From: Desulfobacterales bacterium
GTDB taxonomy: Bacteria; Desulfobacterota; Desulfobacteria; Desulfobacterales; UBA5852
Direction: 5' to 3'
NCBI GenBank assembly: GCA_963674755.2
Contig: CAXXVS010000003.1
Span: forward strand, 576,001-640,000
DNA length: 64,000 nt
A program made the position numbers and the translations under genes. Shown piece by piece: positions 8,605 to 18,670 of the stretch. The notes under the pieces are model-generated. The model had not been told where the DNA came from. It ran no database searches and was given only the letters and a program-made list of their open reading frames with translations. Within the stretch, counting starts at the first letter, position 1. Each line of letters begins with the position of its first letter.

Positions 8605-10506
8605 TCAGAGTTCCAGCTGCACCCCTACCTCGATCACCTGATCGGAGGGAATGCCGAAAAACGATCCGGCATCCAGGGCATTTTTGGACATGAACAAAAA
8701 CAGATTCGATCGCCAGCGGCGCATCTGCGGTTTTTCGCCGATCACCAGCTTTTCTCTCCCCAGAAAAAAGCTGGCATTGTCCGCCTTGATACCGATGCCC
8801 TTCTCCCGGATCAGGGAAAGAACGGCGTCGATCCGGGCGCCCTCCATGTAGCCGTGATGGGCAATGATCCGGTAAACGCCGCCGAACAGTTTTTCCTCTT
8901 CGATTTTTTCGAAGTTCGGCACCCGCGGGATGTCTTCGGTGGCAAAGTGCAGGATCATGATGTCGGCGTGCAAGATTTTATTGTGGTTGAGGTTCTGCAC
9001 AAGGGCCTGGGGAACGCGATTGGGGCTGGTGGTCAGATAAACGGCCTGCCCGCGGACCCGGTGCGGCTGCTCCTCCTCGATCCGTTGCCGGAAGTCGTCC
9101 AGGGCGACGGCGCGATCGGTCAGTTGCTCTGCCAGAATTTTGCGTCCCTTTTTCCAGGTCATCATCAGGAAGAAAAAGAAAGCGCCCACCACCAGCGGAA
9201 ACCAGGCGCCGTGCAGGATTTTGCTGATATTGGCCAGGAAGAAGGGGATGTCCACCAGGAAAAAGAGGCCGGTCAGCGCAACGGCCGCGGGCCAGGGCCA
9301 CTGCCAGCGGTGCCGGGCGATGACGAAGAACAAGGTGGTCGTGATCAGCATGGTGGAGGTGACGGCCACGCCGTAGGCCGCGGCCAATTGGCTGGAGGAC
9401 TGGAAACCGATGACCAGCCCGATGGTGCAGGCCATGAGCAGCCAGTTGACCGGGGCGATGTAGATCTGGCCGATCTGGGTGGCCGAAGTATGGGCAATAT
9501 TGAGGCGGGGCAGGTAGCCCAGCTGGATGGCCTGGCGGGTGAGGGAGAAGGCGCCTGTGATCACGGCCTGGGACGCGATGATGGTGGCAATGGTGGCCAG
9601 AATGACCACGGGGATGAGGGCCCATTCCGGAACCAGCGCGTAAAAAGGATGATGCGAAGCTTCCGGATGGCGCATCAGAAGCGCCCCCTGACCGAAATAG
9701 TTCAGCACCAGGGCCGGTAAAACCAGGAACGTCCAGGTCAGCCGGATGGGGATCTTGCCGAAATGGCCCATGTCGGCATAGAGGGCTTCGGCGCCGGTCA
9801 CCACCAGAAAGACGGCGCCTAAAACGACAAATCCATGCAGCCCGTTGTCAACGAAAAACCGGATGCCATGCCAGGGCGAGAGCGCCGTCAGAACGTTGGG
9901 CTCCCGTAGAATCTGGAGTGTTCCCAACAGGGCCAGCAGGGCAAACCAAACCAGAATGATCGGGCCGAAAAAGCTGCCCACCCGCGCCGTGCCGTGCCGT
10001 TGGATGAAAAACAGACCGGTCAGGATGACAATGGTCAGAGGAACGATGTAGGGTTTGAACAAAGGGGTAATGATGCGAATCCCCTCCACGGCGCTAAGCA
10101 CCGAGATGGCAGGGGTAATCATGCCGTCGCCATAGAGCAGGCAGGCGGCAAACAGCCCCACCGTCGCCAAACCCGCCCGATAGCGCGGCGCAATCTGAAC
10201 ATGCCGGAGCAGGGCGGTCAGCGCGATCACCCCGCCCTCGCCGTGGTTGTCCGCCCGGACCACAAAGGTCAGGTATTTGAGGGTGACGATGAGCACCAAA
10301 GCCCAGAACATGAGGGAGAGCACTCCCAGGACATTCCCCTGGGTGACCGGGATGCCATAGTCGCCATGGAAGCACTCCCGGATGGCATATAGCGGGCTGG
10401 TGCCGATATCGCCAAAGACCACGCCCAACGCTGCCAGGGAGAGCTTGGCCAGGCGCCGGCGGGCATTCTTTTGGGGCAGGGCCGTATCGTTCGCGCTGGA
10501 ATTCAT
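8605..10506 (-). CDS. kup: KUP/HAK/KT potassium uptake transporter
   Basis: GDIGTSPLY, ADNHGEGG, EALYADMGHFG, AAAYG; many TM segments. Confidence 0.95.
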   Translation of the reverse strand: MNSSANDTALPQKNARRRLAKLSLAALGVVFGDIGTSPLYAIRECFHGDYGIPVTQGNVLGVLSLMFWALVLIVTLKYLTFVVRADNHGEGGVIALTALLRHVQIAPRYRAGLATVGLFAACLLYGDGMITPAISVLSAVEGIRIITPLFKPYIVPLTIVILTGLFFIQRHGTARVGSFFGPIILVWFALLALLGTLQILREPNVLTALSPWHGIRFFVDNGLHGFVVLGAVFLVVTGAEALYADMGHFGKIPIRLTWTFLVLPALVLNYFGQGALLMRHPEASHHPFYALVPEWALIPVVILATIATIIASQAVITGAFSLTRQAIQLGYLPRLNIAHTSATQIGQIYIAPVNWLLMACTIGLVIGFQSSSQLAAAYGVAVTSTMLITTTLFFVIARHRWQWPWPAAVALTGLFFLVDIPFFLANISKILHGAWFPLVVGAFFFFLMMTWKKGRKILAEQLTDRAVALDDFRQRIEEEQPHRVRGQAVYLTTSPNRVPQALVQNLNHNKILHADIMILHFATEDIPRVPNFEKIEEEKLFGGVYRIIAHHGYMEGARIDAVLSLIREKGIGIKADNASFFLGREKLVIGEKPQMRRWRSNLFLFMSKNALDAGSFFGIPSDQVIEVGVQLEL

Positions 10507-10949
10507 TCGGCCTGATAGTCCGTCACCGCCTGGCGGAAGGCGTCCGGCAGCGGGGTGGATTTCTCGGTGCGGGCGTCCACCAGAACCGCCGTGATGTGCC
10601 CTGTGGCCACGATTTTGCGATCGGCCTCACGGACCATGGTCATCTCGGCGGTCAGGCTGCTGGTGCCCATTTTGGCGATCCGGGCGTGCACATCGAGCCG
10701 GTCTTCGAAAAAAGAGGGCCCCTTGAATTGGCAGCCGCTGTCCACGTAGAAGAGGGCCAGGTCCTTCGCGGTAAAGGTCGACCAGGGATAGCCCAGCGCG
10801 GCCAGATAGGCCATGAAGCCCTCGTCCATGAACGTGAAATAGCTGCCGAAGAAGACGTGGCCCAGGGCGTCCGTGTCGGCAAAGCGAACCTGGATGGGCA
10901 GATGGAATCGGGCCAGAGGAATAGATTGCTTCATGCGATTCTCTTTCAT
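10503..10949 (-). CDS. Hotdog-fold acyl-CoA thioesterase (4HBT/YbgC-like)
   Basis: VRFADTDALGHV motif. Confidence 0.85.
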   Translation of the reverse strand: MKENRMKQSIPLARFHLPIQVRFADTDALGHVFFGSYFTFMDEGFMAYLAALGYPWSTFTAKDLALFYVDSGCQFKGPSFFEDRLDVHARIAKMGTSSLTAEMTMVREADRKIVATGHITAVLVDARTEKSTPLPDAFRQAVTDYQAE

Positions 10950-11087
10950 TAGAGACGCCTCTTCAGGGGCGCCTTTAAGTGCTCACCTAGAACATGTTCA
11001 ACATAAGGCTCGGGCCGGAGCGGATCAAGAGGCCTATTTCGTTCGGCCGAGAGCCGTCTTGGGTGGGTTGCCGTCGATGAAAGACGC

Positions 11088-12356
11088 TTACTCCACGAGG
11101 CCGCACCAGCGGGCCAGAAACAAGGCGTAGGTCCGGGCCGTCTGTAGGATGCTGGCGATTTCCACCCGTTCGTTGGCGGCATGGATGTTCTCCGCCACCG
11201 GACCGTAGCAGGTGCCCCGCCCCCGGCCGAAACTGTGGAAGGCGCGCAGGTCGGTGGTGCAGGTGGAGACGTAGCCGGCGGCCTCTTGTCCGATGAGAGC
11301 CCGGTGGCAATCGTTCAAGGTGGCCAGAACCGGGTGTCCGCGGTCGATGGTGTGGCCTTCGGACCGGAAGCCGTAGAAGGATACCTGGGGTGGGTTCTCC
11401 GCCAGCCAGGGATCTTCCCGGGCGGCTTCACGCACGGCGTCCTGGATGCGGCGGCAGACGGTCTCGTAGGGGGTGCCGGGAAAAAAGGACAGGCGGCCGT
11501 GGAATTCGGCGGCGGCCGGCACGGTGGAGGGCCAGTCGCCGCCGCGGAAGATGCCGATGTTCAGGTTGATGGGATGGGCCATCTCCCGGTAGGCCTCCGG
11601 GCGCGCTTCGGCATTCATCTCCGCTTCCAGGCCACGCAAGCGGGCCACCACGGGCCAGCTCTTTTCGATGGCGTTGGTGCCGGCGGTGGCCGCCAGGACA
11701 TGGCTCGGCTGTCCGTGCATGGCGACCTTGAACCACAACACCCCCACCTGGGCGGTGTACAGGGTCGGGCCGAAGGGTTCCGGGATGAGCACGGCCTCGG
11801 CATCGTAGCCCGCTTCGAGGCAGGCCAGGGCTCCGTTGCCGCAGCATTCCTCTTCGATGACCGCCTCCAGGGTGACCGGCGCGGCGAGGCCGAATCCGGC
11901 TCCTTCGACGGCATGCAGGGCATAGGTCATGGCCGCCACCCCGGACTTCATGTCGCCGGCGCCGCGGCCGTAAAGCCAGCCGTCGCGACGGGTGGGGGTG
12001 AAAGGGTCGGTCTGCCACAGGTCCATGGGCTCGGGGCTGACCACGTCGAGGTGCCCGTTGAAGAGCGCGCTGCGGCCGCCGTCGGCATCCGCCGGTCGGT
12101 GCGCCACCAGGTTGTAGCGTCCTTGATAACCCCACGGAACCGGCGCAAAGCCCGGATGGTCGGACAGCTTGTCGGGTTCGACGGGCACTCGCACCGGTGA
12201 CATACCCAGGCCGCGCCAGGCGGCTTCCATCACTTCCAGCGCGCCTGTTTCTTTTTCCAGCACGCTGGGCTGGGCCACCAATTGTTCGGTCAGGTCAATG
12301 ATTTTTTCAGAGAGGCGGTCGACCGTGTCGATGAGTTTGCGTTCGCGAGGGTCCAT
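11088..12356 (-). CDS. ArgE/DapE family (M20) deacylase
   Basis: NGHLDVV, GRGAGDMK, IEEE, PEP and NIHAANE metal-binding motifs. Confidence 0.9.
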   Translation of the reverse strand: MDPRERKLIDTVDRLSEKIIDLTEQLVAQPSVLEKETGALEVMEAAWRGLGMSPVRVPVEPDKLSDHPGFAPVPWGYQGRYNLVAHRPADADGGRSALFNGHLDVVSPEPMDLWQTDPFTPTRRDGWLYGRGAGDMKSGVAAMTYALHAVEGAGFGLAAPVTLEAVIEEECCGNGALACLEAGYDAEAVLIPEPFGPTLYTAQVGVLWFKVAMHGQPSHVLAATAGTNAIEKSWPVVARLRGLEAEMNAEARPEAYREMAHPINLNIGIFRGGDWPSTVPAAAEFHGRLSFFPGTPYETVCRRIQDAVREAAREDPWLAENPPQVSFYGFRSEGHTIDRGHPVLATLNDCHRALIGQEAAGYVSTCTTDLRAFHSFGRGRGTCYGPVAENIHAANERVEIASILQTARTYALFLARWCGLVE

Positions 12357-12377
12357 GGCGGAATTCCTTTGCCGAAG

Positions 12378-13028
12378 TTAAAAGCGCGGGATTGCGCCGT
12401 CCGTTACCAGAAGCGGGGCGGTGGTTTTGGCCTGCACCTCGCTGAGGTTTGTTTCCCGGGCCAGTTCCCGCAGCCGCAACCCCTGGGGGGTGACATCGAT
12501 CACGGCCAGCTCGGTGATAATGGTCTTGACGCAGCCCTTGGCGGTCAGGGGCAGGGTGCAGCGTTCGAGGATCTTGGGCCGGCCGTCCCGGGTGGTGTGG
12601 GTGGTGGTGACGATCACTTGGCGGGCCTTCTGGGCCAACTCCATGCCTCCGCCGATGCCCGGTGCCATTTTGCCGGGGACGATCCAGTTGGCCAGATCCC
12701 CTTCCGCCGACACCTCCAGGGTGCCTAGAAAGGTGATGTCCACGCGCCCCCCGCGGATGATGGCGAAGGACACCGCACTGTCGAAAAAGGAGGCGCCGGG
12801 TTGCAGGGTCACGTAGCTGCCCCCGGCGTCGATCAGGTTGCGGTCCTCGGTGCCGCGGCCACAGCGGTGGCCGACGCCCAAAATGCCGTTTTCCGACTGG
12901 ATGAAGACCTCGCCGGCGTTGGGCAGGTAGTCGGGGATCATGGTGGGAATCCCGATGCCCAGATTGATGACCTGGCCCGGCTGTACTTCCCGGGCGGCCC
13001 GGGCCGCGATCTTTTCTTTATAGGACAT
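12378..13028 (-). CDS. 3-oxoacid CoA-transferase subunit B
   Basis: NLGIGIP, catalytic SENG, GDLANW, GIGGGMEL; start MSYKEK. Confidence 0.9.
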   Translation of the reverse strand: MSYKEKIAARAAREVQPGQVINLGIGIPTMIPDYLPNAGEVFIQSENGILGVGHRCGRGTEDRNLIDAGGSYVTLQPGASFFDSAVSFAIIRGGRVDITFLGTLEVSAEGDLANWIVPGKMAPGIGGGMELAQKARQVIVTTTHTTRDGRPKILERCTLPLTAKGCVKTIITELAVIDVTPQGLRLRELARETNLSEVQAKTTAPLLVTDGAIPRF

Positions 13029-13713
13029 GGCGTGCCAGCACTCCGTATTCCGCAGTGAGTTCGTCCAGGACAACGATATGGTCGACAAAGGCCCCGGGCA
13101 GATGCACGGCGTCGGGGTCCAGGGCGCCGACGGGAACGATGGCCTCGGTTTCCACGATGACCCGGTCGGCGGCCATGGCCATCAGAGGGCTGAAGTTGCG
13201 TGCGCTTTGGGCGAATTGGAGATTGCCCGCCCGGTCGGCCGTGGCGGCGTGAATCAGGGCGATGTCGGCCCGCAGGGCCGGCTCCAGAATGGCTTCCTGT
13301 CCCGCCACCCGGACGAGCTGCCGGTTCTCCCGCAGGATGGTGTCGATGCCGATATCCGTTACGATCCCCAGCAGGCCCGCTCCGCCGGCGCGGATCTTTT
13401 CGGCCAGGATGCCCTGGGGGTAGAGTTCGACCGTGATTTCGCTGCGGTTCATCATGGCGATGGCGGTGGGATTGAGTCCCAGATGGGACGTTATCAAGGT
13501 GTGCACCCGCCCGGCTTCCAGAAGTTTGGAAACCCCCATGCCGGCTTCATTGGCCTCGTTTTTTACCAGGGTCAGGTTGCGGGTGCCCTGGGCCAGCAGC
13601 CGGTCGATCAGGGTGAAAGGGGTTCCCGGCACGCCGAAGCCGCCCACCATGACCGTGTGGCCGTCCTGCACCGCGGTCAGGGCCTGCTCGATCGCCATGG
13701 TTTTATCCATCAT
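13018..13713 (-). CDS. 3-oxoacid CoA-transferase subunit A
   Basis: DGHTVMVGGFG, PQGILAEKIRAGGAG, ADRAGNL. Confidence 0.9.
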   Translation of the reverse strand: MMDKTMAIEQALTAVQDGHTVMVGGFGVPGTPFTLIDRLLAQGTRNLTLVKNEANEAGMGVSKLLEAGRVHTLITSHLGLNPTAIAMMNRSEITVELYPQGILAEKIRAGGAGLLGIVTDIGIDTILRENRQLVRVAGQEAILEPALRADIALIHAATADRAGNLQFAQSARNFSPLMAMAADRVIVETEAIVPVGALDPDAVHLPGAFVDHIVVLDELTAEYGVLARHVL

Positions 13714-13721
13714 GTCCTCCC

Positions 13722-15095
13722 CTATCCATCCGTTGGCGGCAGCTGCGCTTCCGTTTTGGCCAGGGCCCGATCGAGGCGCTCCAGCAGCTCCCGAATTTCG
13801 GCGCGGGTGACGATGAGGGGCGGCGCGATAAGGACATGGTCTCCCCGCAGGCCGTTGAGGGGACGCCGGGGATAGATGATAAGCCCTTCGTCATAGGCCG
13901 CGTCGGTCAGCCGGAAATGGGCATTCAGCTCGGCCGGAAACGGTTCCCGGCGCCGTCGGTCCTGGACCAGTTCGATGGCCATGAGCAGTCCGCGTCCCCG
14001 TACGTTCCCGATGAAAGCGTAACGCTTTTTTAGCTGGTCCAGGCCGCGCTTCAGGACCCGGCCCATCTGGTCGGCGTTTTCGGTCAGGCGCTGTTCGATG
14101 ATCACGTCCAGCACCTCGAGACCCACGGCGCAGCCCATGGGATTGCCGGCCAGGGTGTGGCCGTGGGCAAAGCCGCCTTTGGCCAGCATTTCCTCCACAT
14201 AGGTGGTGCGTGCGGCGATGGCGCCCAAGGGATAGTAGCCCGAGGTCATGCCCTTGGAGAGGACCACGATATCGGCCTCCACGTCCCAGTGCTCATAAGC
14301 GAACAGCTTGCCGGTGCGGCCGAAACCGGTCATGACTTCATCCAGAATCAGAAAAATGCCGTATTTTTTGCAGATCTCCTGGATCACCGCAAAGTAGTTC
14401 GGCGGCGGCACCACGGCCCCGGTGCTGGCGCCGCCGATGGGTTCGACCACGAACCCGGCGATGCTGTCCGGCCCCTCCTCCTGGATGACCTTCTCCAGCT
14501 CCCAGGCACATTGCAGGTTGCAGGCCGTCTTGCGGTGGTACGGGCAATGGTAGCAGGACGGCGCCTGAATCTTGGGATGGGTCTGGATCATGGGCCGGAA
14601 GGGGATCTCCAGGGGGGCGTAGGATGTCAGGGACAGCGCCCCCAGGGTCGATCCGTGGTAGGAAGGCCGGCGGCTGATGAATTGGGTGCGCTGTTTTTCG
14701 CCGCGGTTGAAGAAGTACTGGCGGCACAGCTTGATGGCGGACTCCACGGCCTCGGAACCGCTGGAGACGAAGAAGATGCGTTGCAGGTGGGGGGCCAGGT
14801 GCTTGACCAGCTCAGCGGCGTAGCGGTGGGCCGGCTCGTTTTCAAACTGGGTGCGGTAGGCGAAGACGGCCCGGCGGGCCTGGTCCGCGAGCCGTTCGGC
14901 CACCCGCAGGTTGCCGTGGCCGATGTTGCAGCACACCGCCCCCGAGCATCCGTCGAGGTATTGTTTCCCGGTGTGGTCCCAGATGTAGATGCCTTCGGCC
15001 CGATCGATGAAAGGCAGGGCCCGGCGGGCCTGGTAGAAAAGATAGTCGGTGGTGCAAGGAGCCGGATGCGCCTTGCCTGGGGCATGCTTCGTCAT
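13722..15095 (-). CDS. Class III PLP-dependent aminotransferase
   Basis: SGSEAVE, SYHGST, DEVMTGFGRTG, PLP lysine in LSKG, HGHT. Confidence 0.92.
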   Translation of the reverse strand: MTKHAPGKAHPAPCTTDYLFYQARRALPFIDRAEGIYIWDHTGKQYLDGCSGAVCCNIGHGNLRVAERLADQARRAVFAYRTQFENEPAHRYAAELVKHLAPHLQRIFFVSSGSEAVESAIKLCRQYFFNRGEKQRTQFISRRPSYHGSTLGALSLTSYAPLEIPFRPMIQTHPKIQAPSCYHCPYHRKTACNLQCAWELEKVIQEEGPDSIAGFVVEPIGGASTGAVVPPPNYFAVIQEICKKYGIFLILDEVMTGFGRTGKLFAYEHWDVEADIVVLSKGMTSGYYPLGAIAARTTYVEEMLAKGGFAHGHTLAGNPMGCAVGLEVLDVIIEQRLTENADQMGRVLKRGLDQLKKRYAFIGNVRGRGLLMAIELVQDRRRREPFPAELNAHFRLTDAAYDEGLIIYPRRPLNGLRGDHVLIAPPLIVTRAEIRELLERLDRALAKTEAQLPPTDG

Positions 15096-15363
15096 GATCC
15101 TCCCTTCTTGTGAGGAACGGCGTCTGTCCTAGCGACCCGTTGAAAATTGGCGTCCGCGTGACTTTCCGAGCTGGAAACGGGGATGACGGCCCAAGAGGAA
15201 ACAGTCAAGTGGGCATAGGTTGTCGGCAGGCGCAGCCGATGTTTCTCGGGTGGTGCTGCCGCCTTCGGATCGATTGTAGGTTAGCTGTAGATGGTGCAGG
15301 CGTCCTTGTCAAGTGAGGGGAAACGGGGGTGGGCCGGAATGGTCAAAGGCGTTGCGGTCATGC

Positions 15364-16176
15364 TCATTGGGGAGCCACGCTTTGTCGGGTGGATGGTGTC
15401 GGCAGCGCCGGAACCCGGGGGGCGGTGGCCGTTTTGGTGGGCACCGTAACGGGCGCCATTTTCGTCGGAGCCATTTTCTTCGTCCCGGTCGTACTCGCCG
15501 GCTGGAGCGTCCCGGTCAGGGTGAAACTCACGTCGTCAGCGACACGCTGATGATCGGACACACGCACCGAGGCTTCCAGGCGCCACAGACCGGATTTAGG
15601 AAACGCCGAACGGGGAATGGTGATGCGGGTCTTGCCGTCGAGGCGTTCCACGACCGTCATCCCTTGGGGGGGTGGCGGGCCATTGACCGGCCGCGCTGGG
15701 CGGGCTCCACCACCAGTTGAGGTCTACGGAGGGAATGCCATGCCAGCCGGAGATTTCCACCACCAGCGGCACGCTGCCGGTTAGCCTCTGGCCTGGCATG
15801 GACGACAGGATTTTGAGGTCGGGTTGAACGCCCGGGATGAGCTGAGGGATCGAGGCGCTGGCGCTCGGTTTGGCCGACAGTGAATTTACCTTTTTCAGAG
15901 ACGGCGGCTTGGTCCGGGACACGGTATGATGGGTGTGTTGGATGGGCTCCACCGTAATGTCGAGGAGCTCGGGCCCCTCATAGGTGATCATCTTCACGCC
16001 GATATCGGACAGGGTCGGCCCCTGGTAGACGATGGGGGTTGCCGTGATGTCGGTCAGGTTCGTGGGATACAAGTCAGGCATGGTGCCGGCCGGGGACGGT
16101 GTTCCGCCTAGGCAGGGCATGGCGAACACCACAATGCTCAGCATGATGATGAAAAAAAGCGGCGGCTGTGACGCAT
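15364..16176 (-). pseudogene. Frameshifted paralogue (copy A) of the secreted repeat protein at 24793-25602
   Basis: Colinear with copy B. Extra C in a C7 run (15666-15672) versus C6 in copy B; the RBS-supported ATG at 16176 is thrown out of frame at a T7 run (16152-16158). Confidence 0.8.
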
Positions 16177-16228
16177 GATACACTCCTATCAGAATGGGCG
16201 ATCAGGACTAAAATCTTCCCCTGGGCTG

Positions 16229-16531
16229 TTATTCGGGTAGGATCGTGCCGAGTTGGATCGGCGGAGAACCGATATTCGCGCAATTCCCGGAGTTAGGGGC
16301 GGTGCCGCCTTTGGAAGCGCCAATAAACATATGCTGGTTCCCAAGTTCGGCAATGACCATCGCCACTGAGCAGGTCTTGCCGGAAAGCGCTCCCGCGGCG
16401 GCCCGGATGGGGAGGGCGACGGTACCGTTGTAGCTGCCATTGTCGAGGGTGATATTGAGGGGCGTGCCTTCCTCGCCTCCCTCGCTGACGCCATATCCTA
16501 TCATCTCTCCCGGCCCGTCCAAAAGGTTCAT
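16229..16531 (-). pseudogene. 5'-deleted paralogue (copy A) of the secreted protein at 25655-26206
   Basis: LDGPGEMIGYGVSEGGEEGTPLNITLDNGSYNGTVALPIR matches copy B; signal peptide region lost in a 360-bp deletion. Confidence 0.8.
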
Positions 16532-16587
16532 AACCGGCGGTTTATCTTTTAGATGAAGAGATGTCTATCCCGCAAACGATGATATTC

Positions 16588-16730
16588 TTAAGTTTTCCTG
16601 GCAACTGCAGCGAATTCGTGGGCGTTGGGATCATACGGCGATCCGGCGACATCGGCATAAAGGTCGTCAATGCGGAAACCGTTGGCCGGGAATTCCTGTT
16701 TGATATAAACAGGCCAGCCAGTTGTAGATG
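16588..16730 (-). pseudogene. 3' remnant of a probable SAM-dependent methyltransferase gene (copy A)
   Basis: Hand translation IYNWLAC../IKQEFPANGFRIDDLYADVAGSPYDPNAHEFAAVARKT*; no 5' part; family call from memory of similar C-termini. Confidence 0.5.
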
Positions 16731-16836
16731 GTGTCGGCGCTGTTGTTAAGCCGGAGGGAAGGGGGATGAGCTATGAAGACCAAAGACTAAAGGCCCCTTT
16801 CGTTTTCATCAAAGAAGCGCTAAAGGTCCGCAACTG

Positions 16837-18453
16837 TCAGGCAGTCTCGCTTGTCTTGTCCAAAATGCACCGGATTTCAATCGCGTACTTATGAACCCCA
16901 ATCGGCTTGGTGAGGATCTTTTTTATTCCCGGCAGATTTTGTTCCCACCCGGAAACGGATGGACTGAGGGCGATGTGACCGGATAGAAGGACGATCGGTA
17001 GATTCGGACGGATTTGGTGCATGATTCTGGCCAGTTCCACACCGGTCATGGCCGGCATGGTGACATCGCTGATGACCAGATCGTATTGATTAGGATCGCT
17101 CGTAAATTCAGTTAATGCGGTGACACTGTCGTGGTAGGCGGCAACACGATAGCCCAACCGGACCAAATGCATTTCAAGAACCTGTGTGATGGCAATTTCA
17201 TCGTCGATGACCATGATCGTTTCGGTTCCTCGCGGCAAAGGCGCCATTTCGATCGGGCCTTTTGCGGGAGGGTCTTCCTCTGTTTCGGAAAGGGGCCAAT
17301 AGACCACAAACGTTGATCCTTTTCCAACCGTGCTGTCCACGAGAATGTGCCCGTTGCAGTCATCGACGATTTCCTGAACTATCGAAAGCCCCATGCCGCT
17401 TCCGGCCTCCTGCTCTTTTGTGGTGAAAAACGGCTCGAAAACGCGATCCAAAATCTCATCCGGGATTCCATCGCCTTGGTCTTCAACGCTCAACTTGGCA
17501 TAAGCGCCTGGTGGCAGTCCGGTATTTGCCTTATCGGTGATGACCTGTTTTACGAGTTCGACCCGCAAATTGCCGTCGTTGGTTTTCATCGCCTGATAGG
17601 CATTGATACAAAGGTTCATGACGACTTGTTGAATCTGAGTCGGGCTGGCATGAACATTGCCGATATGGTGCACGTTGTGCTGAACCGAAATGGTTGTCGG
17701 AATTAAAGCTTGGAGCAGTTGCATGGCCTCGCTGACGATACGATCAATGCGAACCGGAACTTTCGGCTCCCTACCCGGACGGCTGAAAGCCAAAATCTGC
17801 TGGGCCAGTTTAGAAGCCCTTCGGGCGGCCGATAGAATCTCTTGCAGCGGCTTGGTGAACGCCGCGTTTTCCTGGCACTCCATTTGGAGCATTTCGGCAT
17901 AGCCAATGATAGGCATTAAAAAATTGTTGAAATCATGTGAAATGCCGCTAGCAAGCGCTCCTATCGCCCCAATTTTATGGGTTCGCTGAAACTGCCGCTT
18001 AAGTCTTTTGTGATGGTTGATGTCGATGATAATATGCAAAACAGATGAGATATCATTAGCGTTGTTGCGGACACTGCGCATTGAGATGCGGGTCCAGAAA
18101 TTGCGGCCGTTTTTTCGAAGGATGCGTACTTCCGTTTGATAGCTGTCCTTCACTCCGGCGAGGATAGCCCGCCGCCATGGCAGAAAAAGCGGTTTGTCGT
18201 CAGGATGGATGAGGTCTTCGAGTGAAGAATGCCGCAATTCTTCGGCGCTGTATCCCGTCATCGTAAGCCATGTGCTGTTGCACTGCGCCAAGCGGTCATC
18301 TTTGATTGAAGATAAGGCAATCCCTGTCAGTGGATTGTCGAAGAGGGCCTGACATAGTGGATCGCTTCTTCGAGTCATCATGTCTTCTCTGTCGGCGACG
18401 GATGATATCTCGTAAGGCTTTAATGGCGGGCATACCAACATCATAAATTCCAC
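16837..18453 (-). CDS. PAS-domain hybrid histidine kinase/response regulator
   Basis: PAS, SHDFNN H-box, FFTTK, GSGMGL, C-terminal REC (VIDDE, SDVTMP); start uncertain, possibly ~18382. Confidence 0.9.
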   Translation of the reverse strand: MEFMMLVCPPLKPYEISSVADREDMMTRRSDPLCQALFDNPLTGIALSSIKDDRLAQCNSTWLTMTGYSAEELRHSSLEDLIHPDDKPLFLPWRRAILAGVKDSYQTEVRILRKNGRNFWTRISMRSVRNNANDISSVLHIIIDINHHKRLKRQFQRTHKIGAIGALASGISHDFNNFLMPIIGYAEMLQMECQENAAFTKPLQEILSAARRASKLAQQILAFSRPGREPKVPVRIDRIVSEAMQLLQALIPTTISVQHNVHHIGNVHASPTQIQQVVMNLCINAYQAMKTNDGNLRVELVKQVITDKANTGLPPGAYAKLSVEDQGDGIPDEILDRVFEPFFTTKEQEAGSGMGLSIVQEIVDDCNGHILVDSTVGKGSTFVVYWPLSETEEDPPAKGPIEMAPLPRGTETIMVIDDEIAITQVLEMHLVRLGYRVAAYHDSVTALTEFTSDPNQYDLVISDVTMPAMTGVELARIMHQIRPNLPIVLLSGHIALSPSVSGWEQNLPGIKKILTKPIGVHKYAIEIRCILDKTSETA

Positions 18454-18611
18454 CAGACCGCCCCCACAATGTCAAATTTTTAAAATATTGATTTAATATT
18501 TAGGGGGAACAGTATCTTTAATGCGTTAGCTGAGGATCAAATGCTTCGTCGTCCTTCCGCGGGCTTTTCAGGAAAGACGCCATATAAATGCACTTGCCGC
18601 ATCAAATGAGT

Positions 18612-18648
18612 CCGTGCGGTCATCACCAACAATGACCGCACGGTTTTT
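18612..18648. terminator. Stem-loop downstream of the MCP gene
   Basis: CCGTGCGGTCAT-N8-ATGACCGCACGG, followed by T5 on the + strand. Confidence 0.55.
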
Positions 18649-18670
18649 AACCGCTTCAACCATTTTCAGT

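Noticed and set aside
15100..15320. Possible riboswitch in the ~220-nt leader of the aminotransferase operon
   Set aside because: I could not match lysine, SAM, glycine or c-di-GMP consensus elements by eye; needs an Rfam scan
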